A stretch of 64,000 bases of DNA, taken from positions 2,752,001 through 2,816,000 of the forward strand of contig OZ241326.1 of NCBI GenBank assembly GCA_965199855.1, read 5' to 3'. This stretch comes from a bacterium (GTDB lineage Bacteria > UBA8248). The notes beneath the pieces were generated by a model. That model had not been told where the DNA came from, did no database searches, and worked only from the letters and a program-made list of their open reading frames with translations. Positions within the stretch are counted from its first letter, which is position 1. Each line of letters starts with the position of its first letter. Shown in pieces: positions 8,913-17,885 of this stretch. The position numbers were made by a program, and so were the translations under genes.

Positions 8913-10391
8913 CTAGACGCCGCCACGCCACGGACGCAAAAACGCGAGGGCGGTGAGGAACATCACCTGAATGTCCAGAGAAAACGAGTAACTCAGAATG
9001 TAGTACAAATCGTATTCCAGCTTCGTCTTTGAGCCTTCCATACTGTTGACGTAACCCTGCTGAATCTGCGCCCATCCGGTGATGCCCGCGGGAACGAGTT
9101 CCCGATACACAAACTCCGGATAGCGCTCCCGCAGTTCGTTCAAGAATTCGGGCCTCTCGGGTCGGGGGCCGACGAGGCTCATATCCCCCTTGATGACGTT
9201 CCAGAATTGCGGAATCTCATCAAGATGATAGCGGCGCAGAAAGCGCCCGAACCGATGGATTCTCGCATCGTTCGCTTCGGACCATCTCGCCTGCTCCAGT
9301 TTTTCAGCATCCACGCGCATCGTCCGAAACTTGTAGACGGTGAACAGCCTGCCGTATCGGGTGACGCGGAGCTGGGAATAGAAGACAGGCCCCTCGCTCG
9401 TGAGTTTGATGATGAGGGCGATGAGGAGGCCGAAGGGAGCGAACAGCGCCAGGGTCGCGGCGCTGAACGCCAAATCAAGCCCCCGCTTGAGCATCCACTG
9501 CCGCCGGCTGAATATCCGCCGCCGGTTCCTCAGGGCGGAGAATTTTCCGGCCTCGGAAACGGACGCCAGCGGAAGCCGGCCCTCCATGGCGCCGATGAAA
9601 TCCCCCATTTCGACGCAGGCGACCCGATGCTCCATGCAGGCTTTGAGGAGCCTCGCGGCTTCCCGCCGTTCAAGAGGGGCTCCCTCGCGCACGACGAACT
9701 GAACGCCGGGGACGGATTCCAGGATTTCCCTGATCCGCCCGGCGGCGCGGCCGGGGGCTTCGCTCTTCGGAATCTCCGCGACGACCTCCAGGTTCCGGCG
9801 GTTCTCCTCCGACAGCGCGGAGGACAGCCCGCTTCCGGCGGCTTCGGACCCCAGAATCACCACCTTGCATTCCAGCCTGCCGTTCAGGATGAATTTCTTG
9901 GCGAGCAGGCGCCCGAGCAGAACGACCGCGAACGTGACGGCATACAGCGAAAGCGGGAGCCAGACGCCCTCCCGCGCGTCGAGAAAAACGCCGTTGATCA
10001 CCTCGCGCAGGACGAAGCTGATCGCCAAAACCTTGAATATCCCCCAAGAGGAGAGAAAGACGCGAACGTAACGGCTATACGCGTACAGGTCATGGCAGTA
10101 GAAAAGAAGGAAGTTCAGCAAGGGCAGCCAAACGCTCTCGGGGCGGAAGAGCAGCAGGCCGTCCCACGCGAAGCGCGTCATCCGCTCGGCGAGAATGAGG
10201 GCGAGAACGTCGAGCAGCATGAAGGAGCGATCCTGGCCGGAGAGCGCCAGCTGCCGCAAGCTCCTTCTTCTCGGGACGCCCGGGTTCTCCGCGATCATAG
10301 AAGCCCCCCCCCCCCCGACCACCCCTTCTCTTTCCCCGTGATCGCGCATACTGCCCTCGTGAATGAAACTTGCTCGTTCGGAGACGTCCAT
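8913..10391 (-). CDS. priming polyprenyl-phosphate glycosyl-1-phosphate transferase (WbaP/WcaJ-like); start uncertain (10391, 10349 or 10298)
   Basis: N-terminal TM helices; KFRTM, LDEIPQFWNVIKGDMSLVGPRPE, PAGITGWAQ, KLEYDLYY. Confidence 0.92.
   Translation of the reverse strand: MDVSERASFIHEGSMRDHGEREGVVGGGGASMIAENPGVPRRRSLRQLALSGQDRSFMLLDVLALILAERMTRFAWDGLLLFRPESVWLPLLNFLLFYCHDLYAYSRYVRVFLSSWGIFKVLAISFVLREVINGVFLDAREGVWLPLSLYAVTFAVVLLGRLLAKKFILNGRLECKVVILGSEAAGSGLSSALSEENRRNLEVVAEIPKSEAPGRAAGRIREILESVPGVQFVVREGAPLERREAARLLKACMEHRVACVEMGDFIGAMEGRLPLASVSEAGKFSALRNRRRIFSRRQWMLKRGLDLAFSAATLALFAPFGLLIALIIKLTSEGPVFYSQLRVTRYGRLFTVYKFRTMRVDAEKLEQARWSEANDARIHRFGRFLRRYHLDEIPQFWNVIKGDMSLVGPRPERPEFLNELRERYPEFVYRELVPAGITGWAQIQQGYVNSMEGSKTKLEYDLYYILSYSFSLDIQVMFLTALAFLRPWRGGV
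10304..10316 (-). repeat. G13 homopolymer (C13 on + strand)
   Basis: 13 consecutive C at 10304-10316, the longest homopolymer I noticed in the window. Confidence 0.9.
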
Positions 10392-10462
10392 GATACATTA
10401 TTTCGCGTCCGAAAAAAGCGCTCCGCTTTCCCCCACCGCTCACGCCCGAAGGCGCCTCCTCC

Positions 10463-11854
10463 GTGATGAACCCTGATTTCCTGGTGATCGGCGTCATGGC
10501 GGCGGGCGCGGCGGCGATCGCGGCGGCGAGCCTCCGCAGCCTCGCCGCCGGCGGCGCGCTGTTTCTGCTTCTGAGCCCGCTCGTCAACGTCGAGGTCGCC
10601 TTCGGCGAGACCGGAAGGAGCGTTTCATACGACAAGCTGGCGCTCATCGCCCTGGCCGCCGGGTTCGCCTGGCGCGTTCTGCGAAGCGGCGGCGGCGCGA
10701 TGCTGAAAAGAAGGCCGCTCACCCTGTACGCCTGGCTCGCCTGGCTCGCCTGGAGCCTCGCGGCCGCGTGGCTGAGCGGCGCGCCCGTCCGGCGGCAATT
10801 CTGGGGCCTCGCCGAAGCCGCCGCCTACTTCATCACGTTTCTCGCTTTCCTCGACATCTGCGCGCGCGAAGCCTCCCGCGAGCGGATTCTGCGGGCGCTC
10901 CTCTGCGGCGGCCTCGTCATGGTCGCGGCCGTCGTCCTGCAGAATCTGGCGTTCCACGTTCCCTGGAAAATCCGGGGCTGGCACTCGAGCTTCCGCGCGG
11001 ACTTGTTCTATTCGCCGTTTCCCCTGTCCAATCTGTTCTTTTATTTCCGGCCCGGCCCCATCGGGAATCCGAATTTTCTCGCCGCCTGGCTGCTCCTGTG
11101 GGCCGCCTCCGTCCCGCTGATCTTCCGCTTCTCCCGCCGGGCGGGGTTCATCGCCTGCGCCGCGCTGCCGGCGATATTCGCGCTCAACGGCAGTCAGGGA
11201 GGTTTGATAGGCTTCGCCATCCTCGTCCTGGCGCTCCTGTGGATCGGCGGGCCGCGCCTGATGAAAATGCTCTCCGCCCGCGTCTCTCCCGCGAAAGCCC
11301 GCCTCCTCCTTCCCCTCGCGGGCGCTTCCGTCCTCCTGTTCACGGCCGCCTCCGTCGCCACCCATAGCGGGTTCATGGAAACATCGGTGCCGCCGAGAGT
11401 CTATATCCATCGGGTCGCGGGAAAGATGATCGCCGAGCGTCCCTGGGCGGGCCACGGCAGCGGACTCTTCCTCGAATCGTTTCTGCGCGCGGAAAAGGAA
11501 TACGCGGACAAAGGGGAGCTGAAGATCATTCCCTGGAGGACAAGAGCCCAAAAGGAGGGCCGCCCGCTTCACGCTCATTCTTCCTACCTGAACGCCTTCG
11601 TCGAAACGGGGCTTCCGGGAGGCGTCCTCTTCCTCTGCCTGATGGCGGGGGGGCTTCTGGAGGCGCTGCTTCATCTGAGAAAAACGGGGAGGCTCTCGCC
11701 TGGCGCGCCGGAAGCCTGGGCGTGGGCCGGCTGCGCGGGCGTCCTCTTTCAGGCCGGAACCGAGATTATCTTTTCGTTTCCCAAAACCGCCTGCCTCTAC
11801 TGGGCGCTGATGGCGCTTTGCCTGACGGCGCGAAAAGCCGCCGACCATGGATGA
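10463..11854 (+). CDS. O-antigen ligase family (Wzy_C) membrane protein
   Basis: Polytopic; GNPNFLA, PWAGHGSG, HAHSSYL...ETGLPG. Confidence 0.82.
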   Translation: MMNPDFLVIGVMAAGAAAIAAASLRSLAAGGALFLLLSPLVNVEVAFGETGRSVSYDKLALIALAAGFAWRVLRSGGGAMLKRRPLTLYAWLAWLAWSLAAAWLSGAPVRRQFWGLAEAAAYFITFLAFLDICAREASRERILRALLCGGLVMVAAVVLQNLAFHVPWKIRGWHSSFRADLFYSPFPLSNLFFYFRPGPIGNPNFLAAWLLLWAASVPLIFRFSRRAGFIACAALPAIFALNGSQGGLIGFAILVLALLWIGGPRLMKMLSARVSPAKARLLLPLAGASVLLFTAASVATHSGFMETSVPPRVYIHRVAGKMIAERPWAGHGSGLFLESFLRAEKEYADKGELKIIPWRTRAQKEGRPLHAHSSYLNAFVETGLPGGVLFLCLMAGGLLEALLHLRKTGRLSPGAPEAWAWAGCAGVLFQAGTEIIFSFPKTACLYWALMALCLTARKAADHG

Positions 11855-11944
11855 CCGGAAAGCGGCCGGAAGGAGAGATTCCAGAACCCTCTCCCGCGCC
11901 GTCCGGCGATTCTCATCGACCGTATGATTCCGCGCCGGGCTCGC

Positions 11945-13348
11945 CTAAGCCGTTGAGGAGTGAGCCTTCATCGCTTCCCGGTACAGATGGCGCGTGAAGG
12001 ACAGGAGAATGGCGAACAGCCAGAAGGGATAGAACTTCGCCGTGGTGGAAACGCTGAGCAGCAGGGCGAAGGAGGTGGAGAAAATGACGGCGAACGGCGT
12101 CACGACGGCGAATGAATTCCCGCGCCGCCGCAGGAGGATGATCCTGAAAAAATACGCCGCGCCGGTCGCGAGCATGGCCGCCAGCAGGACAAGTCCCAGC
12201 AGCCCCAAATCCACAACCAGGTTCAGCGGAAGGCTGTGCAGGGTATAGACCACCCCCTCCAGCGGATTGTCCCGAAACAGATTCTTGTCCTCCCATTCGG
12301 CGCGCATCCTGTGGTAGTATTGGTTGATGTCTCCGTAAATGCGCTCCGAAAACGTGGGCGGCGTATCGCCTGAATATCCGTACAAATATCCCCGACGGGG
12401 CCCGCCCCCCAAGAAGGGCCGCGCTGAAAACACGTCCATCGCGCGCGCGTAGCTGAAGGCTCTCACCTTGACGCCCAGGGCCAGATTCGACGCGTCGAAG
12501 AACTCTTTTCTCGCCATCGTTCCGGCCACCAGCATGGCGGAAGCGAGAAGGGCGAGAACCAGCGGCGCGAGGCAGAAAACGTAAAGGGCGCCGAGTCTTC
12601 CGCTCGCGCCCGCTCGCCTCCTGAATTTCACGAAAAAGACGGCGGCGAGCGCAACGCCCAGAACCAGCGCGAACGCGGGAGCGCGCTTCCCCGTGGAGAA
12701 AAGCATGAGCGCGCCGGACAATGACGCGAACAGATAAGAATATCTCCCGCTTCTCAGGAAGAAATAGAAGCCGACGCCGGCCAGTATAAGCCCGAGTCGG
12801 GCGGGAAGGACATGGTGCCGCGTGAACATGCTGATGAACGTTTGCGCGTAGGAATCTAGCGAGTACGCGTTCGGAATCCCCAGATAAAAGAACAGAACGC
12901 TCTCGACGCCCAGAACAAGGCCAACCCAGAAAACGCGCTTCAGCGCGCCCTCGAACTCGGCTCTGCCCCACTCGTTGTTTTGAATCAGATACCATACGAG
13001 CAGCCCGTCCATGTAAGGGACGGCGTCGGCCAGAATCCGACCCAGAGGCGCGGACGTTTTCACGGGATCGCCCGCCATGTAGCCCTGGAGGGCGCCGCCC
13101 AGGAACGCCAGCCCGAAACAAAAGGAGACGACGAGGAACGCGGGCGAGGGCTTTCTGAAGCCGAACCGCACGAACTCGATCATCCACGCGGCGCAGAGCA
13201 GGACGAAAAGGAATGCGTAGATTTTATACGGACCGACCAGATGGCCCGGGAAATAGGGAACGGCGCTCCAGGGAATCAGAAAATAGACCGCGTGCAGGGA
13301 AATGACCGCGTTGGTGAGCCAGAAAGGAGACTGCCCTTCGCTTCCCAT
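11945..13348 (-). CDS. O-antigen ligase/polymerase family membrane protein
   Basis: Polytopic; TGKRA, PFLGGG, LHS...VDLGLLG resemble Wzy_C motifs. Confidence 0.72.
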   Translation of the reverse strand: MGSEGQSPFWLTNAVISLHAVYFLIPWSAVPYFPGHLVGPYKIYAFLFVLLCAAWMIEFVRFGFRKPSPAFLVVSFCFGLAFLGGALQGYMAGDPVKTSAPLGRILADAVPYMDGLLVWYLIQNNEWGRAEFEGALKRVFWVGLVLGVESVLFFYLGIPNAYSLDSYAQTFISMFTRHHVLPARLGLILAGVGFYFFLRSGRYSYLFASLSGALMLFSTGKRAPAFALVLGVALAAVFFVKFRRRAGASGRLGALYVFCLAPLVLALLASAMLVAGTMARKEFFDASNLALGVKVRAFSYARAMDVFSARPFLGGGPRRGYLYGYSGDTPPTFSERIYGDINQYYHRMRAEWEDKNLFRDNPLEGVVYTLHSLPLNLVVDLGLLGLVLLAAMLATGAAYFFRIILLRRRGNSFAVVTPFAVIFSTSFALLLSVSTTAKFYPFWLFAILLSFTRHLYREAMKAHSSTA

Positions 13349-13505
13349 GGCGCGCCCGGCGTCCAGGATCCGTTCTCCATCCCTGCGAGAATGATTCGAC
13401 GGCTTTCAACTCCCGCCGCCACGCTCCGGCGCGATGGGGCGCGGGGCGGCGTCAACCCGCGTTCGCCGCCCGCTCCGCGGATTGAGAAGCTTGCCCCCGG
13501 CGAAA

Positions 13506-15494
13506 TCAGGCGCTTCCCGGCTCCTCGCGCGCAGGATCCGTTTTCCGGAATTCAAGAAACAAAGCCGCGCACGCGGCGAGAAACAGGCCAAGGATGAGGC
13601 TCAGCGACGCCTTGATCGCCAAATGCCTGGGGGTCGGGCGGCGCGGCAATTCCGCGCGGCTCGCGACGTTCAGCCTCGTCTCGCCGGACAGCGTGAGCGT
13701 CTCCGTCCGGTCGTAGATATTGGACGCGGCGGTATAAGACTCGCTCGCCACCCGACGCTCCAGCTGCAGCATGTCGCGGCGAGAAAGCAGACCCGCCTGC
13801 TCAATGCTCTTCTCCTGGATTTTTTCCCGCACCTCCTCCAATCGGGCGTCGAGCCATTTCCGCCGATGCCTCATATGCGCCGTCGTCAGGATGCCCTTGT
13901 CGAGGCTTCGCAGCCTGTCCCCAAGCCTCTCCGATATGCTCCTGTCCGTCGGGAAGCCGTCCGCCGGCCGGTTGTCGAAGCCGCGCTCCCGGGCGAAGAC
14001 GGAAGGAGGGGCGAGCAGGGCCTCCAGTTTCCCGATGTCCAGCGCCGCGTCTCCCAATGCGCCCGCCTTCGCGAGCAGACCGCGCCTCCTCGCCCGACGC
14101 TCCGCCATCTTCCTTTCGTTGGCGAGAATTTCAGCCTCGGCTCCCTTTATCTCGCCGGCCATTCTGGAAATTTCCAGCAGGAGATATTTCGCCTTTCGCC
14201 TCCGCAGCCTCTCGGCCGTCGCCGGCAGTTCCGAATCAATCCTGGCGATTCTCTTTTCGTATTGCCTCTTCTTTTCCGCCAGCTCCACCAGGCGCAATTC
14301 CTCGTTCACGATTCTCGCCGCCACCGCGCCGCGCCGCGCGTCGAAAGCGTCCCCGCCGTCCAAGGCTCCGTTTTCGCGCGGCGCGGCCAATGAAGCCCGC
14401 TCGCCCCCGGAAGCCGCTCCGGCGCGCCTCGTCCTCTCCATGGTCTTCTTCAGCGCCTTCAGTTTGCTTCCGGAAACCTGAATCTCGATTTCCAGGGCCG
14501 GCAAGGCGGCCGAAGCGCTTCTTCTCTCATCCTCCAGCGCCTTTTTCTCGGCCCGGATTTTCTCAAGAGCGGCCGCGTCCCGAACGGCGTCGTCGGCCCC
14601 TGCGTTTTTCACGGATTCATTTCGCGCGCCCGCGCCCAGGCCGCCGTTCGCCGCTTCGAGAACGCCGGACAGCTCGCTTTTCGCCTCCAGCATCTTTCCG
14701 GAAAGCGCGCGGCGAAACGCCAGCAGGTCATCGTTTCTGTCCGCCAATATGTTCAGTTCGGAAAATCCGTCATCGCTCCGGAGCAGCTTCAGAACCTCCT
14801 CCTTTTCCCTCAGAAGATCGTCCCGCCCGCCGTCCTTCAGTCGGAGGTCGTTCTCGAAGCGCAGGAAAAGCAGCCGGTTCCGCTCGGCCAGCAGCGCGTT
14901 GACGTCCTGGGTCAATTCACTCAGCCGGGACGTCTGGTCGAACTTCAGCAGGGCGTCTCCCGCGCTGTCCATCCGTCGCTTGGCGGCGGCGAGATGCTCC
15001 TTGAGGTATTTCGCCGTTCGCGCGGCATCGGACTGCCCGTAGTTCGAGAATCCCCTTTCCACCCGATCCGCCACATAATTCGCCAAGTCTCTCGACAATT
15101 CAGGCTCCGGCGTCGTGGCGGAAAGGTGAAGCAGTCTCGTGTTCGTCAACGCTTTCACCTTCAGGAAGCCGCCCCACAGCCTGTCCGCCGGCACGCTGTA
15201 AGGCTCGGCGTCCAGCCCGAATTTTCGCGCCACCTGCTCCGCGGGCACCAGATGCGGGATGAGTCTGACGGCCGTCCGGGTTCTGATGTCTGAAAAACTG
15301 TCCACAGACCCGGAATTCTGCAATTTCGATACGCTGGCAAGCAGGATGGCCGTCGCCTTGTAGTCCCTTCTCTGCAAAAGGGTGATGGCGGACGTTATCG
15401 CCGCCAGCGCCAGGGGCAGCGCGACGAGCAGGCGCCAGCGCCTCTTGAGCGCCCCCGCGACCTCCTGAAAGGATATGCGATCTTCGACTTCCAT
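13506..15494 (-). CDS. Wzz/GumC-type polysaccharide co-polymerase with long coiled coil and no kinase domain
   Basis: N-terminal ISF..LKRRWRLL-TM-YKATA; C-terminal LPRRPTPR-TM; no Walker A tail. Confidence 0.78.
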   Translation of the reverse strand: MEVEDRISFQEVAGALKRRWRLLVALPLALAAITSAITLLQRRDYKATAILLASVSKLQNSGSVDSFSDIRTRTAVRLIPHLVPAEQVARKFGLDAEPYSVPADRLWGGFLKVKALTNTRLLHLSATTPEPELSRDLANYVADRVERGFSNYGQSDAARTAKYLKEHLAAAKRRMDSAGDALLKFDQTSRLSELTQDVNALLAERNRLLFLRFENDLRLKDGGRDDLLREKEEVLKLLRSDDGFSELNILADRNDDLLAFRRALSGKMLEAKSELSGVLEAANGGLGAGARNESVKNAGADDAVRDAAALEKIRAEKKALEDERRSASAALPALEIEIQVSGSKLKALKKTMERTRRAGAASGGERASLAAPRENGALDGGDAFDARRGAVAARIVNEELRLVELAEKKRQYEKRIARIDSELPATAERLRRRKAKYLLLEISRMAGEIKGAEAEILANERKMAERRARRRGLLAKAGALGDAALDIGKLEALLAPPSVFARERGFDNRPADGFPTDRSISERLGDRLRSLDKGILTTAHMRHRRKWLDARLEEVREKIQEKSIEQAGLLSRRDMLQLERRVASESYTAASNIYDRTETLTLSGETRLNVASRAELPRRPTPRHLAIKASLSLILGLFLAACAALFLEFRKTDPAREEPGSA

Positions 15495-15556
15495 TCCCCG
15501 GATTCTCCGTCCGTCAGAAAATTCGCCCGCGCGGCGGCGTCAAATCATCGGCGCTT

Positions 15557-16567
15557 TCAGGTCGCGCCGCTCCCGCCCGACGGCCCCTGGGCGCGATTCC
15601 CCTGCAGTTCGTATTCCGCCTCCGGCGCCAGCCGGGAAACGGGGAGGCCCCGATGGAAGCGCGCCACGCTCTCCGCCGCCTCCGACTCCATCCGCACCCG
15701 CGATTCTTTCGTATAAGAGCCGATATGGCTCGTCAGCAGAACGTTGTCGAGACTCGCCAGCGGGCCGGCGTAAGGCTCTTCCTCGAACACGTCCAGCGCC
15801 GCTCCGCCGATTCTTCCCCCCTCAAGCGCCTCCGCCAAGGCTTTTTCGTCAACCAGCCCACCGCGCGCGGTATTCACGAGAACGGCGTCCGGCTTCATCA
15901 GCGACAATTCCGCTTCCCCGACGTAATTCGCCGTCCCGGGAGTCCTGGGGAGGTGAAGGGTAATCACGTCCGCCCGCCGGAAAATCTCTTCCTTCTCCAC
16001 CCAGGCGATGCCGAGTTCGGCGCCGAACTCCGGGTCCGGCCTGACGTCACGGCCCAGGAGATTCGCGCCGAAAGCCCCGAGAAGCCGGGCGACGCGCTTG
16101 CCGATGCGGTTCACCCCGACAATTCCAACCGTCACATCGCCAATCCCCCGGCCGATGTCCCTCTCCCATCTTCCCGCGCGCAGCGCCGCGTCCGCCTTGC
16201 GGATTCCCCGAAGCATGGACGCGATCACGCCGATGGTCAAATCGGCCACGGCCGCGGAGGGCGCCTCGGGCGTATAAGCCACCTGAATCCCCCGCTCCCG
16301 CGCCGCCGGAAGATCCACGCTGTCCAGGCCGACGCCGACCCGGGAGATGAGCCTCAGGTTCGGGGCGCGCTCCATCACCTTCGCCGTAATCGGCTCCACG
16401 CCCGCGATGATGTAGCGCGCCTCGCCCACGAGGCCGTGCATCTCGCCCTCGCGCGGCCGGCGCCCGCGCGGCCGGAAGACGCATTCGACTCCCGCTTCCT
16501 CGAGAATTTCCAGGGGCCTGCGGCTGAACGCCCCGAAAGACGAAAGACTTATCAGCGCCCGGCTCAT
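15557..16567 (-). CDS. D-2-hydroxyacid dehydrogenase (phosphoglycerate dehydrogenase-like, no ACT domain)
   Basis: RVGVGLDSVD, VNTARGGLVDE, ALDVFEEEP, TSHIGS. Confidence 0.88.
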   Translation of the reverse strand: MSRALISLSSFGAFSRRPLEILEEAGVECVFRPRGRRPREGEMHGLVGEARYIIAGVEPITAKVMERAPNLRLISRVGVGLDSVDLPAARERGIQVAYTPEAPSAAVADLTIGVIASMLRGIRKADAALRAGRWERDIGRGIGDVTVGIVGVNRIGKRVARLLGAFGANLLGRDVRPDPEFGAELGIAWVEKEEIFRRADVITLHLPRTPGTANYVGEAELSLMKPDAVLVNTARGGLVDEKALAEALEGGRIGGAALDVFEEEPYAGPLASLDNVLLTSHIGSYTKESRVRMESEAAESVARFHRGLPVSRLAPEAEYELQGNRAQGPSGGSGAT

Positions 16568-16652
16568 GCCCGCGTTTTCCGTTCAGGGTCGGGCGCGTCG
16601 GCGCCTTGAAGCCTCTTTCGCGGCAGGATATTCCCCATGTCCCCGGCCGCGC

Positions 16653-17678
16653 TCAGGCGATGTGGACGACCCGCTCCCGGGCCTTCCGGCTCAGCGGAAA
16701 GTCAAGGCGCGCGTTGCCCAGCGCTTCGGATTCGTGGAAAGCGATCACCATTTCCAGGGATTTCATTCCGTCTTCCAGGGCGCAACTCAACTCTCCTGTC
16801 CCCAGAAGCTCCAGAATGCCGCTTCTCGTGAGTTCCACGATGTCGAAATCGCCGCCGTCGAACGGCCTCCGCTCCATGGGCGTCCCGTATCGGGTCAGGG
16901 GAGCGGACCTGTCTTTCTCCGCGCGGGCTTCCAGCCGCCAGGAAGCGTTGAGTTCGTCGATGACGATTCTGCCGTATCTGCCCGCGAGAACGATCAGATA
17001 CTGAACGCCCGTGTCCTCGCATGACTCCACGTAGCCCCTCATGCCGTTCTCGAACACGACGACGCCGAAGCCTGCGGGGTCCTCGTATTGCGCGCCTCTC
17101 GGATTGGGCGTGCCCGTGCGATCCAGCGCGCCCATCGCCCAGGCGGGCTCGGAGCCGGAGAGAAACCGCATCAAATCGAAAATGTGGATGACGTAATTTC
17201 CGAGGCCCACGCTGCCGATATGAAAGTACAGATGGCGAAGATCGCCTATGGCGCCTTCCCGAATGGCGTCCCTCAGGCGATGATACGCCGGGCTCCAGCG
17301 GCGTATGTGGTTGACCGACACCCGCGCCTTCGTCCGGCTCACGGCCTCCAGCGCCCGGTCGGCGTCCCTGAGGCTCGTCGCCGCCGGCTTCTCGCAGACG
17401 ATGCGGGGGATTCCGGCCTCGGCGGCGGCGATGACGATTTCCGCGTGGGTGGGCCCGTTCGAGACCACGCTCAGAACGTCGAGCGATTCCTTCGCCAGCA
17501 GATCCCGATAATCCGAATAAACGCGGTCGCGGGGGAAATCCGGCAAAACCTCGCCTACGCGCTCGGGCCGCCACTCGCAGATGGCGGCCACCTCGCAGGG
17601 CGTTCCCTCGTAGGCGCGATAGTGCCTCTGCCCCATGCCGCCGAACCCGACGATGCCCGCCCTGAGCGCCACGCTCAT
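16653..17678 (-). CDS. Gfo/Idh/MocA family oxidoreductase
   Basis: GIVGFGGMG, CEKP, VNHIRR. Confidence 0.88.
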   Translation of the reverse strand: MSVALRAGIVGFGGMGQRHYRAYEGTPCEVAAICEWRPERVGEVLPDFPRDRVYSDYRDLLAKESLDVLSVVSNGPTHAEIVIAAAEAGIPRIVCEKPAATSLRDADRALEAVSRTKARVSVNHIRRWSPAYHRLRDAIREGAIGDLRHLYFHIGSVGLGNYVIHIFDLMRFLSGSEPAWAMGALDRTGTPNPRGAQYEDPAGFGVVVFENGMRGYVESCEDTGVQYLIVLAGRYGRIVIDELNASWRLEARAEKDRSAPLTRYGTPMERRPFDGGDFDIVELTRSGILELLGTGELSCALEDGMKSLEMVIAFHESEALGNARLDFPLSRKARERVVHIA

Positions 17679-17885
17679 TCCACCGTAATGACGGCGAAAA
17701 GACGGCAAGGCCTCCCGACGGAATTCGCGCTTCGCCCCTCCGGCCGTCCATCGGCGTCCCTGTTTTCCAAAGCGTATTCGACCATTTGCGTCCCTTGTCC
17801 CGTTTTCGGCTTCCGGACGACGCCCCTGATGCGCCGCCGCAATATCCCCAAACCTCTCCCGAATATCAAACGCCTCGAATACTTT

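Noticed and set aside
13364-13546. 15-bp direct repeat CAGGATCCGTT(C/T)TCC, 168 bp apart
   Set aside because: Two copies with a mismatch, one inside a CDS; plausibly chance.
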